A stretch of DNA of 62,113 bases, filler included, from Choristocarpus tenellus KU-1152 (lineage: Eukaryota; Protista; Phaeophyceae), in assembly GCA_964200185.2 (NCBI GenBank). It is 9 parts of 9 records of this genome, joined end to end, with 100 filler letters (N's around TTAATTAATTAA, not from the genome) between each part and the next. Parts side by side here need not be neighbours in the genome. Positions count along the whole stretch, not along the records: positions 24,718 to 32,679 come from CAXNAD020005333.1; positions 32,780 to 37,435 come from CAXNAD020013599.1; positions 37,536 to 41,239 come from CAXNAD020018415.1; 6 more parts are not named here. One strand, given 5' to 3'. Made by a program: the position numbers and the translations under genes. The first letter of the stretch is position 1; the number at the start of each line of letters is the position of its first letter. Shown one piece after another: positions 28,211-41,239 of this stretch. A model generated the notes under the pieces. That model made no database searches, had not been told where the DNA came from, and saw only the letters and a program-made list of their open reading frames with translations.

Positions 28211-28828
28211 CAAGTCCTACACTGCCACCATACTGACGAGAGACACGGCTTTGAGGAGCAACCTAGGCCAATTCCTGTTCGTAAGTGACCCTCAACGTTG
28301 CCAATCAGACACATGCCTTGACAGACATGTTATGATGGAGAGGTCGGACGTTCTCGAAATCAACGGACTTATACATTTGGTATATTGATTTTATTATCTT
28401 CCTGAAGATTTTGTGTCTATATGTCCTCATACGCACGTTTTTAATGGCTGGGTGGCAACCTAGATTCATCTCGATTAGTATGTTCTGCCGCTATTCTCTA
28501 ATACTTTTACTGCCATGCCCCAATCCTTTTTCCTCCCCTCTTTGCGTTGAACGGATCACAGAGCAATTGACAGAAACCTTACTAAAACTACGTTGACGCA
28601 GAAGCATATCTTACTCCATACCACCATCTTCAGCATAAGTCGAGCTTTCCACAACAGGTGACCTCTCCTTCCGCACCCAAACCAAGCGGCGGCAACTACA
28701 CCGGCTCCAAAATTTGAATCCAACGGCAACTTCCCTGAGCCATAATAACATAGTCTACACCCACTCAAGAGCCAAGTGTAAGTCCTAAAGTCATTTTATC
28801 CGAACTAGATCAAAAACGGACGGTGACT

Positions 28829-28970
28829 GGGTCAAAGTATCTTGGGGAGTGGTGGTTTGTGAGGGGGTGTCCGTTTCGGCTCGGACAAGTTGCTATGATT
28901 CTAGAGCAATTCGTCCGGGCCGAAACGGACGCCCCCTCACAAACCACCACCCCCCCAGATACTTTGACTC
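28829..28970. mobile_element. MITE-family variant (same TIR, different core)
   Basis: GGGTCAAAGTATCTTGGGGAGTGGTGGTTTGTGAGGGGGTGTCCGTTTCGG pairs with its inverted copy ending GATACTTTGACTC. No TSD seen. Confidence 0.8.
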
Positions 28971-29089
28971 CATCACGAACACGACCTCCAAGACCCCTTC
29001 CTCTAGTTTTTGTGTTTACCGAAACTGAGCACGATTTTGTATGATGAGTGCCCTCAGGGGTTGGCGAATCCACAATTTCCACCACTACC

Positions 29090-31734
29090 AACCAAGGAGA
29101 GGAGCAAGGGTGGCAGAGGTGGAGGCAAGGCAAATAGGCAGGGATCATCAAAAGCATTCCCTGCCATGAATGTGTCTGTAGGGGAGGACGTGTACAACAG
29201 GATGGTCGAGGCAGCACTCCTGTCCTCATCTCAAGATCTGACCAAGACAAAGACCATTAGCCTACTTTGTGACTCGGGGGCAAATGTGCACCTTACCCCA
29301 CGCCTGCAGGACCTCACTGCAGCAACAGAGATCACCCGCACCTGCACCTTTGGCAATAAAGGTACACTGGAAGCACAGGCAATAGGCAAGATGGTACTGG
29401 AGGCCACTAACGAGAAGGGCAAGCCGACGAAGATTGTGCTCCAGGATGTGCTCTGGGTACCGGGTCTGTCATGCAGGCTTCTCAGCACAGGCAGCGTGCG
29501 ACGCAATGGGGGTGAATTTGTAGACTCAGGGATCAGGAGGAGTTACATTCAGCCCAACAAGGAGGCAGCCAAAATTTATCTAGAAGAGAAGGAGCCTTCC
29601 TGATGCTGAGGGCCCAGTTTCAGATACAAAAAGGGAAGAAGGGCCAGGCCAAGGTCAATGCTAGCTACGCAAATAAACAGCAGCATCTCTCCCTCTCTGA
29701 CTGGCACAACATCATGGGTCACCTCAACCCATTCGCTATTAAGCACCTGGAGAAACGAGGTCTCCTGGATATCGCAGATGCTGCTGTCGCCTCCGAGCTT
29801 CACTGCAAGGTATGCAAGGAGTGCAAGTCCGAGGCACTCAGTTACGCACGGGGAGGCCGCACAGTGGGGGAGGTGGGGCACATAGACATGGAGGGACCCT
29901 TTGACCCGGACGTGACGGGCATGAAATATTTTCAGTTGTTTGTGGACGAGGCTAGCAGGGAGAAGCGTGTGATATGTCTGCGTACCAAGAATACCGCTAC
30001 AGCGGCCACTGCTGCCTACATAGACGAAATGGCTCGAGGTGGGGTGGTAGTGAGATGCATCAGTGAGGATGGTGCTGGCGAGTTTGGGAGGAGAATAAGG
30101 TTCCAGCGCATGCTGACAGAGCCGGACGTGAAATGGCGCAAGACACCCTCACGCACACCCCAGAGCAAAGGAATTGCTGAGCGGGTAATAACGCAGGTAA
30201 TGCAAGCAGCACGCAGCCAGCTGATCCATGCTGGACTGGGGGAGGAGTTCTGGTTTTTTGCAGTGGCAGACGCCACATTCAAGACCACAGGAATGCCGCA
30301 CGAGCACCTAGGAGGCGAAACACCATATGAGCGCCTGAACAACAAACCTTTCAACTACGAGCGACTCCGTGTGTTCGGGACGGAGTGTTTTGTACACCAG
30401 ACCAAGCAACAGCGCGGCACTAATGCCAAGTTCCACCCATATGCGAAGCGGGGGATCCTTGTTGGACATGACAGAGCGTCACTATGCTGGCATGCGTGAA
30501 TCCCACAAGAAGTGTACTGCCTTTTGGGTCTCATGGGGGAAATAACAGCAGATGCAGACGAGCCATCCACAACCAAGGCGGCCTTGAGTGGGCCAGATCC
30601 AGAGCAGTGGCAAGAGGCAATGGAGAAGGAAATGTCAGGGTTATGGCAAAAGGGGACTTTTAGTGACAAGGCCCTGCCCCAAGGGAGGAAAGCAATTAAG
30701 ACAAGATTTGTTTTCAAGATCAAGTGCTCAGCAGACGGGTCAGTGGAACGATATAAGGCAAGACTTGTGGCCCGTGGGTTCACCCAAAATGCAGGAGTGG
30801 ACTTATTTGAAACCTTCAGCTCGGTGGTAGGGTATGACACACTACGATGCGTCATATCAGTCGCAGCGTACAGATGTTGGAACATAGATGCCCTGGACTT
30901 CACACAGGCCTACCTAATGCGGACCTACAGGACGACGTCTGGCTGGAGCTTCTGGACAACCACACCGTCAAGGCAGAAATGGCAATCTATGGGCTGAAGC
31001 AGTCAGCAATGGAATGGTACCATGAACTACGCAACACCATTATAGCAGAAGGATGAACAAGCAGCCAACATGATGAGTGCCTCTACTTCAGGAATAGTGA
31101 AGATGGACGCATCGCCATTCTCACGACATATGTGGACGACACTTTCACCACTGGGGACTTCACAGAAGAGATCCAGAGGATAAGGGCATCCCTACAAGAG
31201 AAGTACGAGGGGCGGGACCTAGGTACGCCAGACAAGCTGATTGGGGTGGACATCACTGTGGGTGAAGATGGCATCACCTTGGACAAACAGATGTACGCTA
31301 AAAGCATTGTCATGGCTGGGATGGGCTCCAAAGAAGTACGAACGACATCTACACCACTGGACCCTGGGATGGACCTCTCTGCCAGGCAAGACCATGAAGA
31401 GGAACTGGATCCTACTATATGCCCCTATGCCAGTATTCTTGGGCAACTCATGTTTTTAGCAGGCATGACTCGACCAGATCTGGCGCTATTCAGGCGGGAA
31501 GCATCACAGGCCTCAATGGCAGGACCAAGCACGTAGACATGAAATTGAAATGCACTAGATAATTTGTAGATCAGGGAATATTCCATATTGAATATATTCC
31601 AACACACAAGCAATTGGCAGACGTGTTAACCAAGTCTTCACGCAAGAGTATTATTTCTGATTTTTTGCATTTCGTGCTTTCACTTCGAGGGTGAGCTTTA
31701 GTTAGCAACTTTGCTGCACGCTCATGAGGGAGTG
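29090..31734 (+). mobile_element. Ty1/copia retrotransposon pol (PR-IN-RT-RH), degenerate and internally deleted
   Basis: Protease LLCDSGANVHL; GAG-pre-integrase WHNIMGH..CKVC; integrase GHIDMEGP..VDEASR..GIAER; RT WQEAMEKEM, KARLVARGFTQ, YGLKQSAMEW, YVDD; RNase H tail RTKHVD. A PPT-like GAGGGAG at ~31726 is followed by TG (possible 3' LTR start). Confidence 0.95.
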
Positions 31735-32245
31735 TGCAATACAGGCTAGTAGTCTATACGGTGTTATGTGTTTATTGAACTGTAGAATGTAATAGAAGTA
31801 TTAACTGAGTAGAGTAAGGGTCAAGGACACATTTCTGTATGATTAGAGTAGCAGGTTCGAGTTTCGATGGATTGACTTCTTATTTTGTTTAATATAAGTG
31901 GCTTACGCTGTGCGACTGACACAGACATATTTTTCACGTGTTTGCTGACGTGCGCAACAGATAATAATATAAGGGAGAGCACCCCCCACCGAGGGCTGTA
32001 TTAACTCCGCTAATAAATACATCCATACAACATAAAGCAAAGACTCTATTGGAATAGCTCTCTCTTGCATAGTAAATAACATCATCACTTGGCTCTTGAA
32101 GTAAATATGGCGTGGTTCGAGTGGAGGTTATAAAGCCCGCTCATGTCGGTCTTAGTGATCCTCTTTAGTGTGAAGAATCTGACTACCTCTATTTTACACA
32201 TAAAAACCTATCTTTTGTGTAGTAGATATGATATAGTAATAGCAG

Positions 32246-32679
32246 TGTTAAAACATAGGCTACTCATCTGTTTGTTCCTTGATATGATACAGTTCCACTA
32301 GTCAACACTGACTGTTGATTGGCCTGTTACGTTCTGAACGATATTTTCACTAGTTCGTCATCACCACATCAATTACAATCAGAACACCTTAGTACAGAAC
32401 AGTCGCTCTGCGTTCCACACGACTAGTATAGTATAGTATACGTCACTTGAGTTGCATCACATACTGGTTCAAGTTTGTTCTCTTGTTCTCTTGTTTGTTT
32501 TTCTTTCGCTCGTTCTTCTTATCAACAGAAGATGACAGTTGTACGTTGATAGTTGATTATTATTTCTTTCGTGGCTGCTACAAAACTCAATCTACAATGA
32601 GTGTACCAGCTACCCATCTGGATGTAATATAATCAGAGCTAAACCCATCCGCGGAAACCCTTGCCAGTCAAGGTAACAA
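32246..32679. repeat. LTR family 1 copy, cut by gap
   Basis: Starts TGTTAAAACATAGGCTACTCAT and is collinear with 22279-22730. Confidence 0.65.
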
Positions 32680-32779
32680 NNNNNNNNNNNNNNNNNNNNN
32701 NNNNNNNNNNNNNNNNNNNNNNNTTAATTAATTAANNNNNNNNNNNNNNNNNNNNNNNNNNNNNNNNNNNNNNNNNNNN

Positions 32780-33600
32780 CGCAAAATGTTGATATCAGAC
32801 ATGCCCGTACATGCCCCAGGGCAGGGGGACAGGTACGACAGCACACTCCAATGGTGAAACGCCTACACCAACTATGCAAGGGGATGGGCAGCCCTTGCAC
32901 TATGGAGGATAGTAGCCCTTTGACAGCAGACAAAAATCTCCGCATGGATCTGGTGTTCCAAGCAGTGGCACTGGTGGACGCTGGAACAGCCCCCTACAGA
33001 GACAAAGGCCTTCTACTTGATGTCACATACGCAGGGGTACTGGCAACGTCCCACCTTACCCACTCATCCACCAAGAATGGAGACCCAAAGTATCTGGGGG
33101 TGTGTGGCGGCTGTCCATTTGGAGTCAGTTTTTTCATGTCGCGATTCTTGGGTAATTTGGTTGCACACGTTGGATGGATAATGAAAGTGCACTTTTCCTG
33201 GTTTTGACCCAAATGGACACCCTAGTATAGACAGCCCCCCCCTCCCAGATACTTTGGGTCTGGAGTAGCTGCTGCTGTAGCCGAGGCGTGGAAGTGCACT
33301 TGTTAACGAGGGCTCTTTTTATCCTCATAGTTATAACCTCAACACCTTCGCGGTGGAAAGTTTTGGGCGCCTCGGCAAGCAAGCGGAGTGTTTCCTGGAT
33401 GAGCTGGCTACTACTCACATGGTAGGGGGGTGAGGGGCTGGAGGTTATAGCAGGAGAGGAGTAGTTAAATCCCGGCTACGCCAAATTGTCTCGGTAACTA
33501 AGCAAGTGGCACTGTCCAGATGTGTCATGCGTTTAAAGTTGGAATCACCAGGAAGATGGGCACGGAGCGGTTTATTGGATTCTTGGGATGCTCCCTAGCT
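32780..33600 (+). mobile_element. 3' end of a non-LTR retrotransposon with restriction-like endonuclease (CRE/R2-group-like), interrupted by a MITE
   Basis: HARTC..GGQVRQH knuckle, LRMDLV, LLLDVT; after the MITE, AAAVAEAWK..TFAVESFGRLGKQAECFLDELA. This matches the PD-(D/E)xK RLE layout. Confidence 0.7.
33082..33260. mobile_element. MITE subfamily A inserted in the RLE retroelement
   Basis: GACCCAAAGTATCTGGG...CCCAGATACTTTGGGTC; perfect 4-bp TSD TGGA. Confidence 0.9.
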
Positions 33601-34518
33601 TCTACCCCCGGGGCACAGGTGTAGGCAGATCGGAGACACAGGAAGGCAGTAGTACAATATAGATAGTGGTGAAATAACAAATAGATTAGAGTCTGTCACA
33701 TTTATGACATTTTATTTCTTTAGGGCTTATACTGATAATGTGTATAGTTTTCATTGGTTTACCCCTTGACACATCTGGAAAGTGGCAGAGGGCATAATAT
33801 TATACATAATAATAGTGTTTCTTTGGAGATGATTTACGTTCCAAGTGTAAAAAAAACAGCTTTCACTATTGATACTATTATTCGTGTTATGAATGGGGAT
33901 GTTTCAATTAACTTCAATTCAACTAATCGGTACAACTGAATAAATGAACTGTCAAAGTTCGGTTATTCGGTTATTTCCAACTCTTTACAAGTACCATCAG
34001 AAGTGTGACTAATGAACCTGTCACGTTACTGAAGAACCACATATTCGTCGCAACGTGTCACTACCCACAATTCACTACAAAATAATCTACTCTTCTTTTC
34101 CGATTTGCGTACTTTGATTTGTGAGGGTTTGAAGTTTTGGGGTTGCGGGGAAACTACTTTTGAATTCGATTCAATTCGATTAATCGATATTTTTTTCTTC
34201 CCGACTTCATCGTACGTAGGCGTAAATTCTTTCAATTCACAATATAGTATTAGTAATTACTATGCAAAATAGAAATATGATAATACCTTTATTTTGATCT
34301 CCTCAGAATAGTGTGGGTAGTAGTACTCTTCTGTTTGAGGTAATCATTCTACATCAATATAGGTAATCATATTGTTTTGTAAAAGTTCTTCACGTAACTT
34401 TTTTAGTGGATTTTATTTATATATTGAGTAGCCTACAGTTTCAGTCTGGAGTTCTTTGGACAAGATTGGGAGAGGGTGCATGAGAGGACAGTTGATGAAG
34501 TATCAGTGCAATCTGTAG

Positions 34519-37321
34519 GTGACGCTGACGGACTTATTAATAGCAAACAGGCCGCTGGTTGCCAGGGTGGCTTGCTCGCAACGTGTCATTATGCAAAGCG
34601 TACTACCTTTGCTGTCAGTGGAGAGATTAGATGATCCAGATGGTCTGTGGGCGATCAAGCAATACGGCGACTTCAAGGTACCGACTTCCTTTGCTTTCCA
34701 CTAGACTTCTCCTTGAATGCCATGAATGTTACTTGCTCAGAGTTTTCGAGTCTTTCACAACACGCAGTAACTTAGCAAAGACGCTTGCGATGGCCTTCTT
34801 ATTGTAACAATTCGCGACTTTGAGCCTTGCATGATGACCTTTGCAGGAGGGAGACCGCTTCAGAGCAAGCGATTATGTTGAGGGGAGTGTAGAAGTCCGG
34901 CAGCTACGCTCTGTATACAAGCTCAGCTTTCTGGATATCAAGCTAGTGAGCCGGTCCAAGGCTGGCCCAGAAGAGCAGGACCAACAGGAAGATGGGTCTA
35001 ATGGAGGCGAAGAAAGTAGTGTTAGTGATGCCAGCCACAGTGGGGCCGCAAAAAACAGAGCTGCGGTGTCCTTATACGTGTTTATGACTAAGAAGAAAGC
35101 GAAGGCAAGGATGACCGACTTGGAAGAGACTGCTATCCGATGTCATCTTGACCTGGGAGTTGATGGGCGTATCTGCACAACCAAAACACTGGGCAATTTC
35201 GATCAGGTACGTAGACTACGCTGAGGCCCCAAACATGAAGTTGAGCCGGGAGCACAGGAGCCAAAGTATCTTAGAGGGTAGAGCCGCGTCAATTTGGGGG
35301 CCAAAATCCAATGTTGCGAATTTGATGTAATTTTGGCTATTGTGTTTGTTAGGAACTGCCAATATCTTTATTCCGGACACACCTTTTCATAATGTACACA
35401 TTGTACCTACTCCGAAATATTTCGGAGTAGAAAAAATTCATAAAAAACCCGAGGGAAGCCAAGTCCCGAATGGACAAACAGGGCAAAACTCGAACCCTCT
35501 AAGATACTTTCACTCACAGGTAGATGACACATGGAGTTCGATCAAATCAAATGAGACCAGAAACTACGGAACAAAGATCCCCTTCATTTTTCTGCCACTA
35601 TCACCAACAACCAATGCGTGCAAATAGTGACTATATGAAACGAACAAAAAGCAAGGTTTTGCAGTTGACCCACACTATAATGTAAATCGCGACATGCCCA
35701 GACAGACTCCTCAGTACATTTCCATTCTTGCCCATCACTGCATGCCCTACTCCCTTCGTAGTAGAGTATGACTCAGCTTCTGGACCCAACAGGCTATCTT
35801 GGCGTTGTGATTGCCAAACGAAGAGCTGACCCTCCTCAAACAGATGAACCTGTAGTGTATGCCTATGCAAGGATCAAATCGCATCGGAGGCCAGTCGTTG
35901 CCTCTGAGGTTGTCCTGGGATTGGCTGAGGACAAGGATCAAGCGGGAAGGTAAACCAATATATATGGATACATAGTGACTGCTACTTGACTATACGTCAT
36001 GTATCACTCAAAGGCAACATGCAATAAAACCCCAAACTATTTCTAATCCCAAAAGCACTTCGGCTGGGCAATATATCTCTCTATTCCTCCCTCAAGGATG
36101 GATAGGGTATGTTTTGCTCAGGGTGTCCATTTGGGACTTGATGGGATGTTCTGTAAGGCCCCTCAGTTTGATGCCCATTTTGCAGGTGATTTCGCCTCGG
36201 ATTTGGCCAGGAAGGGGGATGGAACAGGAAGGTGCATTCAGTTGAAGGAAATTGCCCTAACTTCTGACATATTCATTCAGATGACACGAAAATCACTACA
36301 GGTTCTCAGAGGCCCAGAATGAACGTCTGTCTCCCCCTCCCCCCCCCTTTTGCCCCTCTGTCGCCTGTACCTTCTTAGCCTCTCCTCACCTTTTGACACA
36401 CCCTCTGACACTCCCTCTGACAAAGTTCTTTTTTTACTCCTGTGTGTATTTGTTTGTGTTTGTGTGTGTGTGTGTTTTTGCTTTTCATTCTAGGTATGTA
36501 ACTGTTGCAGCAGGGGCCACAGGGAAAATTCTGTTTTGTGTTCCAACTGAGCCACTGGTTTGGCAGGTGGCCGCCCTGTTCAACAAGCTGCTGAGGGGAC
36601 AGGTACAAAGACTTATGAGATTGGGGTAAGGGTTAGGGTTAGGTGAGATTTATGTAAGGATTAAGTGAGGATTAGGTAAGAGTTAGGGTTAGATAAGGAT
36701 TAGGTAAGAGTTAGGGTTAGGTAAGGATTAGGAATGGCCCGTTGCCTTGTGTCGTAGTGGGTTTTTGTTCTTTTCAAACAAACTTTAAAAAAAAAGAACA
36801 CTGCACACAACAAAAAGTACCTCAAAGTCAGTCCTTCAAGAGTGAAAAGTCAGCCTCGACCAATGACAATGAGACACACTTCTTTTTTCGATGAGAATGA
36901 CAATGGTAGTATGTTGATGTTGTGTTATGTTTGTGTTTGTGTTTGTATTTTTTATTGTTTTCTTCTTTTGTGTACGCATTGGATGTACGGGACCACTATT
37001 TCTTCTCAAGAAATAAGATAAATAAAATGTAAAGATTTTTTTTTGTGTGTGTGTGTGTGTTTGTGTATATACATATTTTAATATTTTTCCCTCTGCTGGT
37101 GTGTTGGCCAATAATAAAAACGATGAAAAAAGGTGGCTATCTGCATGGACCAGATCTACTACAGGCCTGATTTGGATCTTCGGACGATAGTGGGCACCCC
37201 CATGGCTCTGGAGACAGCTCTCACCAAGCTGAGGGGTCCTGTGGGGGATGAAGAGATGGGAAAGCTTGATTACACCCAGATGAAGGGAGGGTTTGACTTC
37301 GACTATGCCGTTTATGATGAG
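34519..37321 (+). CDS. Partial multi-exon gene ending in SF2 DExH helicase (Ski2/DDX60-like) motifs; exons 34519-34677, 34847-35206, 35765-35949, 36494-36602, 37133-37321
   Basis: Phase-consistent GT-AG exons. Motif Ia KILFCVPTEPLVWQVAA, motif Ib IVGTP, motif II YAVYDE(VH). Cut by the gap at 37436. Confidence 0.7.
35258..35515. mobile_element. MITE subfamily B (~258 bp), intronic
   Basis: GAGCCAAAGTATCTTAGAGGGT...ACCCTCTAAGATACTTTCACTC; 4-bp TSD ACAG. Confidence 0.9.
36625..36732 (+). repeat. Degenerate interstitial telomere-like (TTAGGG) array in an intron
   Basis: GGGTTAGGGTTAGG units mixed with AAGGATTAGG variants. Confidence 0.7.
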
Positions 37322-37759
37322 GTACATTCTGTTTTCTTTTTCATTTTTTTTTTTTTTGGGGGGGGGGGGGGGGCTGGGGGGGGGGGGGGTGCTTATGGGG
37401 CTAAAGGTAGGGGGGGTTTGGGGAAGAGGTTGGTGNNNNNNNNNNNNNNNNNNNNNNNNNNNNNNNNNNNNNNNNNNNNTTAATTAATTAANNNNNNNNN
37501 NNNNNNNNNNNNNNNNNNNNNNNNNNNNNNNNNNNGGGATGGCTTGCAATCGGTGACGAAGGGCATTCGCACGGTTGGCCATCAAATGTGGGTATGGCTG
37601 GCAATCAGTGACGAAGGGCATTCACACTGGTTGGTCATCAAATGGGGGTAAATAGGAAACCAGGAGAGGAATGGAGAATAGAGGAATGGCAAACAAGGAA
37701 TAAAGTGATAATAATAATAATCCAGAACTCGTGAGCAAAACAAACAGAAACATCATAGC

Positions 37760-39217
37760 AAGCGCCATCCAACTTACTTCGGATCTTGTTCCAAGCGCAT
37801 TCCACTGTTACCTTCTTTTTTCTCTTTGTTGTTGTCTATCATCTCTGTTCTTCTTTTTATCAGGAGAAGGCCCCAGATGCAAGTTAATTGTTGGTTACCA
37901 TTTTTTAATTGGTTGTCATTGCCCCCTCTGAGTACATCAACCTCACTCTGCGATAAGTGCAATATATATAGACTATTAATCTATATGATTTATAGTGTAA
38001 AAGTGAATGAAGTAATGTAACTTGAACTTATAAGCGACTGACGTAGTTTAACTTGAACTTATAAGTGACTCACGTAGTGAAACTGTCACAAACATGTTTA
38101 AACATATTTCTGACGTGTTTGATGACGAATAAATTAGATAACAAGGGAGAGCACCACCCCCCACCTTGAGGATAGTGCTCACTCCGCAAATAAATATATC
38201 CATACAGCATATTGAAAAGACTCAATTAGAAGAGCTCTCTTTTGCATAGTGCCCCCCTGACGCACACTTGGATGTCATACAGAGTTAGAACCATCGACGG
38301 AAACCCTTGCCAGCCAAGGTAACAAGCCTCTCCAGAGAGCAGAGTCAAACTATCTTAGAGGGTAGGGCCGCATCCATTTGGAGGCCAAAATCCAATGTTG
38401 CGATTTCCATGTAATTTTTTCTATCGTATTTGTTAGGAAGTGTCGGTATCCTTGTTTTCGACACACCATTTCATAACATATTATACATATTACCTACTCC
38501 GCAACATTTTGGAGTAGGCAAAATATCAAAAAAACCCCATGAGAAGTCAAGCACCAAATGGACAAACAGGGCAACACTCGTACCCTCTAAGATGCTTTCA
38601 CTCAGCATGGACTCCTTTCGTTGAGTATCTCTTGAAATAGCACTGAATTCACATCAAATCATTCTGGATTGAGCAACCAAGAATACTGAATTCACATTAA
38701 ATCATTCTTGACTGAGAAATCAATGACTTCAGTTGCAACAGAATAAATACATCGGTGCTTTGCAGCACAACTACATCTACTCATACCACAGACTACGCAT
38801 TATACTCATCGGTGATTTACAATACTATGACTCCTCTTCACTCGTAGTCTTACGTATTTTGCTTACATGTACGATGCATTCGATTTAGGTTTCAACAATC
38901 ACAACATGGGATTTATGATGAACTCGAGCGGACATGGTCGTACCCTCTTAAATGCTTTGGTCACATTCAGAGTTAAAATATCCAAAAAACCCTTCTTCAC
39001 AAGGTGACAAGCCTCGACACAGAGCATGAATCTCTTCCTTTGAATGTACCAAGGATTACCCTACATCGCTGTTCTAGATAACCTTCGACTGTGCAAAACA
39101 TGTCACTAGGTTCATCAGCATGAATTCACTGGTGCTTCATTGCAATATGACACTCCTTTGCCACAACCAACCCTCCACCGTACAAGAGCACGATTCGTTC
39201 AATCCCATATTTCAACA
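37760..39217. repeat. Cluster of LTR family 1 fragments and a repeat shared with 31960-32075, with a MITE inserted
   Basis: Shared blocks such as CAGAGTTAAAAC..AAACCCTT..CAAGGT.ACAAGCCTC and AAGGGAGAGCACC...GCTCTCT..TGCATAGT; the cluster ends in TTTCAACA. Confidence 0.6.
38342..38603. mobile_element. MITE subfamily B inserted in LTR family 1
   Basis: Subfamily B TIRs and core; 4-bp TSD AGCA. Confidence 0.9.
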
Positions 39218-40106
39218 GCTTTCCTAGCTCCTCGCCCTGTCGGGTAGGGCTAAGCTAAGTTGGAGGGATAGCAAGGGAGTGGTGTAGCAATGTTAGAGGC
39301 GAATAGTGCGGGTATTTCTTCCCACGCCTTAACTGACACGAACAGTGTACATGCGCGGAGAACCCCAAAAGGAGGGACTCCAATTTGCCAAAAAGTTGTA
39401 GAATAAAATCTGTAACTTGGGAAGGTCGCAAGGCTTCTCAGATGTATTCCAACGTCTGCAAACCAAAGAAACCCTAATGGTAAATGATGTTAAGGGATAC
39501 TAAAAACGGCTCCAAATGGCTCAGTTCCCAAAGGATTCAGAAACACATACAGGATCACTCTTAACTGATACCAATAAACATTTCATATGCTGATTGATTA
39601 ATTAAGAGTGCCCCTGTTCTGCTGAGCTGACGTTCGTTAACCTGTGGGTTGGACCCCTTTGACTGTTGGAGAATGCTGGGAGCCTTGTACGAGCATCAGC
39701 ATCATCTATAGGTCTGTGGATTGGGCCTAAACATCCTAAGGAGGCAAGTTTCTGGAGCGTGCCTGTAACATGGAGGTCCTACCTGGTCTCTTCAACTTGA
39801 AGAGAATACTCAGCATTCACCTCGGCACTTAGGATTTTGGTAGCTCACTACAATAGCCTGGATTATTTTTTCTACTTGGTTTAGTGGTCTCCCTGGATGG
39901 TTTTGGAGCGCTTTCACCATCGACGGGATTTTCTTCTGCTTGGCCTCGTCATCTCCTTGGGTAGTCTTGGAGCGCCTGCATCACCTCCTAACTTGGAGGA
40001 AGGTCTTGGCATGATGACATCTGTAGCTCCAAGGGAGGCATCATATACTTCTGATCGCACATGAGTGGTCCCTTGTTGAAGCTGACTATCTATCTGCTCG
40101 ATAGCT

Positions 40107-40376
40107 CAGGGGTTTACTAGAGTTTCAACAAACGCTACTCTCGTGGGATCGAATCTCGCTGAGGTTACATCCGTCAAAAGGCTAAACACGCCGCCAGGAT
40201 ACACATCCATCAAAAGGCTATAACACGCCGCCAGGATAAACAATCTCACCTAGTAAATACCCCGCCGAAACTGGTCACTGATTAGAGGGATAGCAACCCT
40301 CGGGCGAAACCTCAACAAGTCTAAAAACTTGCGATCCCCGGGAGTAACTTTTGTTGAAACACTAGTAAACCCAGTG
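40107..40376. mobile_element. Putative MITE with ~42-bp terminal inverted repeats and an internal ~36-bp tandem duplication
   Basis: GGGTTTACTAGAGTTTCAACAAACGCTACTCTCGTGGGATCG (40110-40151) pairs with the reverse complement of 40332-40372. No TSD seen. Confidence 0.6.
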
Positions 40377-41174
40377 TTTCAACATCCCTGACCACCATGG
40401 TATAGACATTGCCTAGGTAGTCATTTCCCACCATTTGTACACTCACATTCCCAATCTGTTCTTCGTGTGTCACGTTGTTCTTTTATTCCCCAGGTTTACA
40501 GACATGTCTCACTCACAGTATTCGCAGGGAGTCGAGGTTGTCTCCGACCCGCAGATTCTCCAAGGAATCAATGATTCGGCGAGATTCCAGCCCCGTACCA
40601 CACCTCGAAGGAATTCTGACCTCAACCGTGGCTGCTCTGCTGAATGCCGTGGCAGGCGCAGGGAACACGTTCGATTTCAATCTTCCACTCGACACAGATC
40701 TCGCCCCAGGTTGAGATCTCGGGATAGGCGTTCTCATCGAGATGGGCGGAGGACCAGAGAAGAACACAGAGGCCACACCTGTTCATGTAGACGTCACTGT
40801 CAGACCAGGGATTATTCTCCAGGCAGATCTGTATCTCCCAGGTTATTTCGGAGGAATAGCCTGAGTATGATACATCGGTACAGAGAGGTCGAAACACAGT
40901 TGCAATGAGGAATTCATGAATTACGTACACGAGCTGAGTCGAATGAGTCACAATTCAGTAGGCAGCAGCAGGATTGAACCTCTCACAAGACCTTGACATA
41001 TGTTTTCACCAAGATTGTGTTATAACCATGGAATTCATTCATAGGAAACTCAGAGGACCCTGCCAATGGCCCCGTTTTTCTTAGAGTACCTGCAGACACC
41101 TCCGCCCCAACCATGTCAAACAACCCAGTTTTCTTCGCTGATGCTCTTACCAAGGCTTTAAGGAGGGTTCGAGG

Positions 41175-41239
41175 TGTTGAATTATCCCACACTGGACCCG
41201 CGGCTTTTGGATGGTGCTTTAATGAAGGACACAGAACAG
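41175..41239 (+). repeat. Start of LTR family 2 copy, cut by gap
   Basis: TGTTGAATTATCCCACACTGGACCCGCGGCT, near-identical to the sequence from 61854. Confidence 0.7.
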
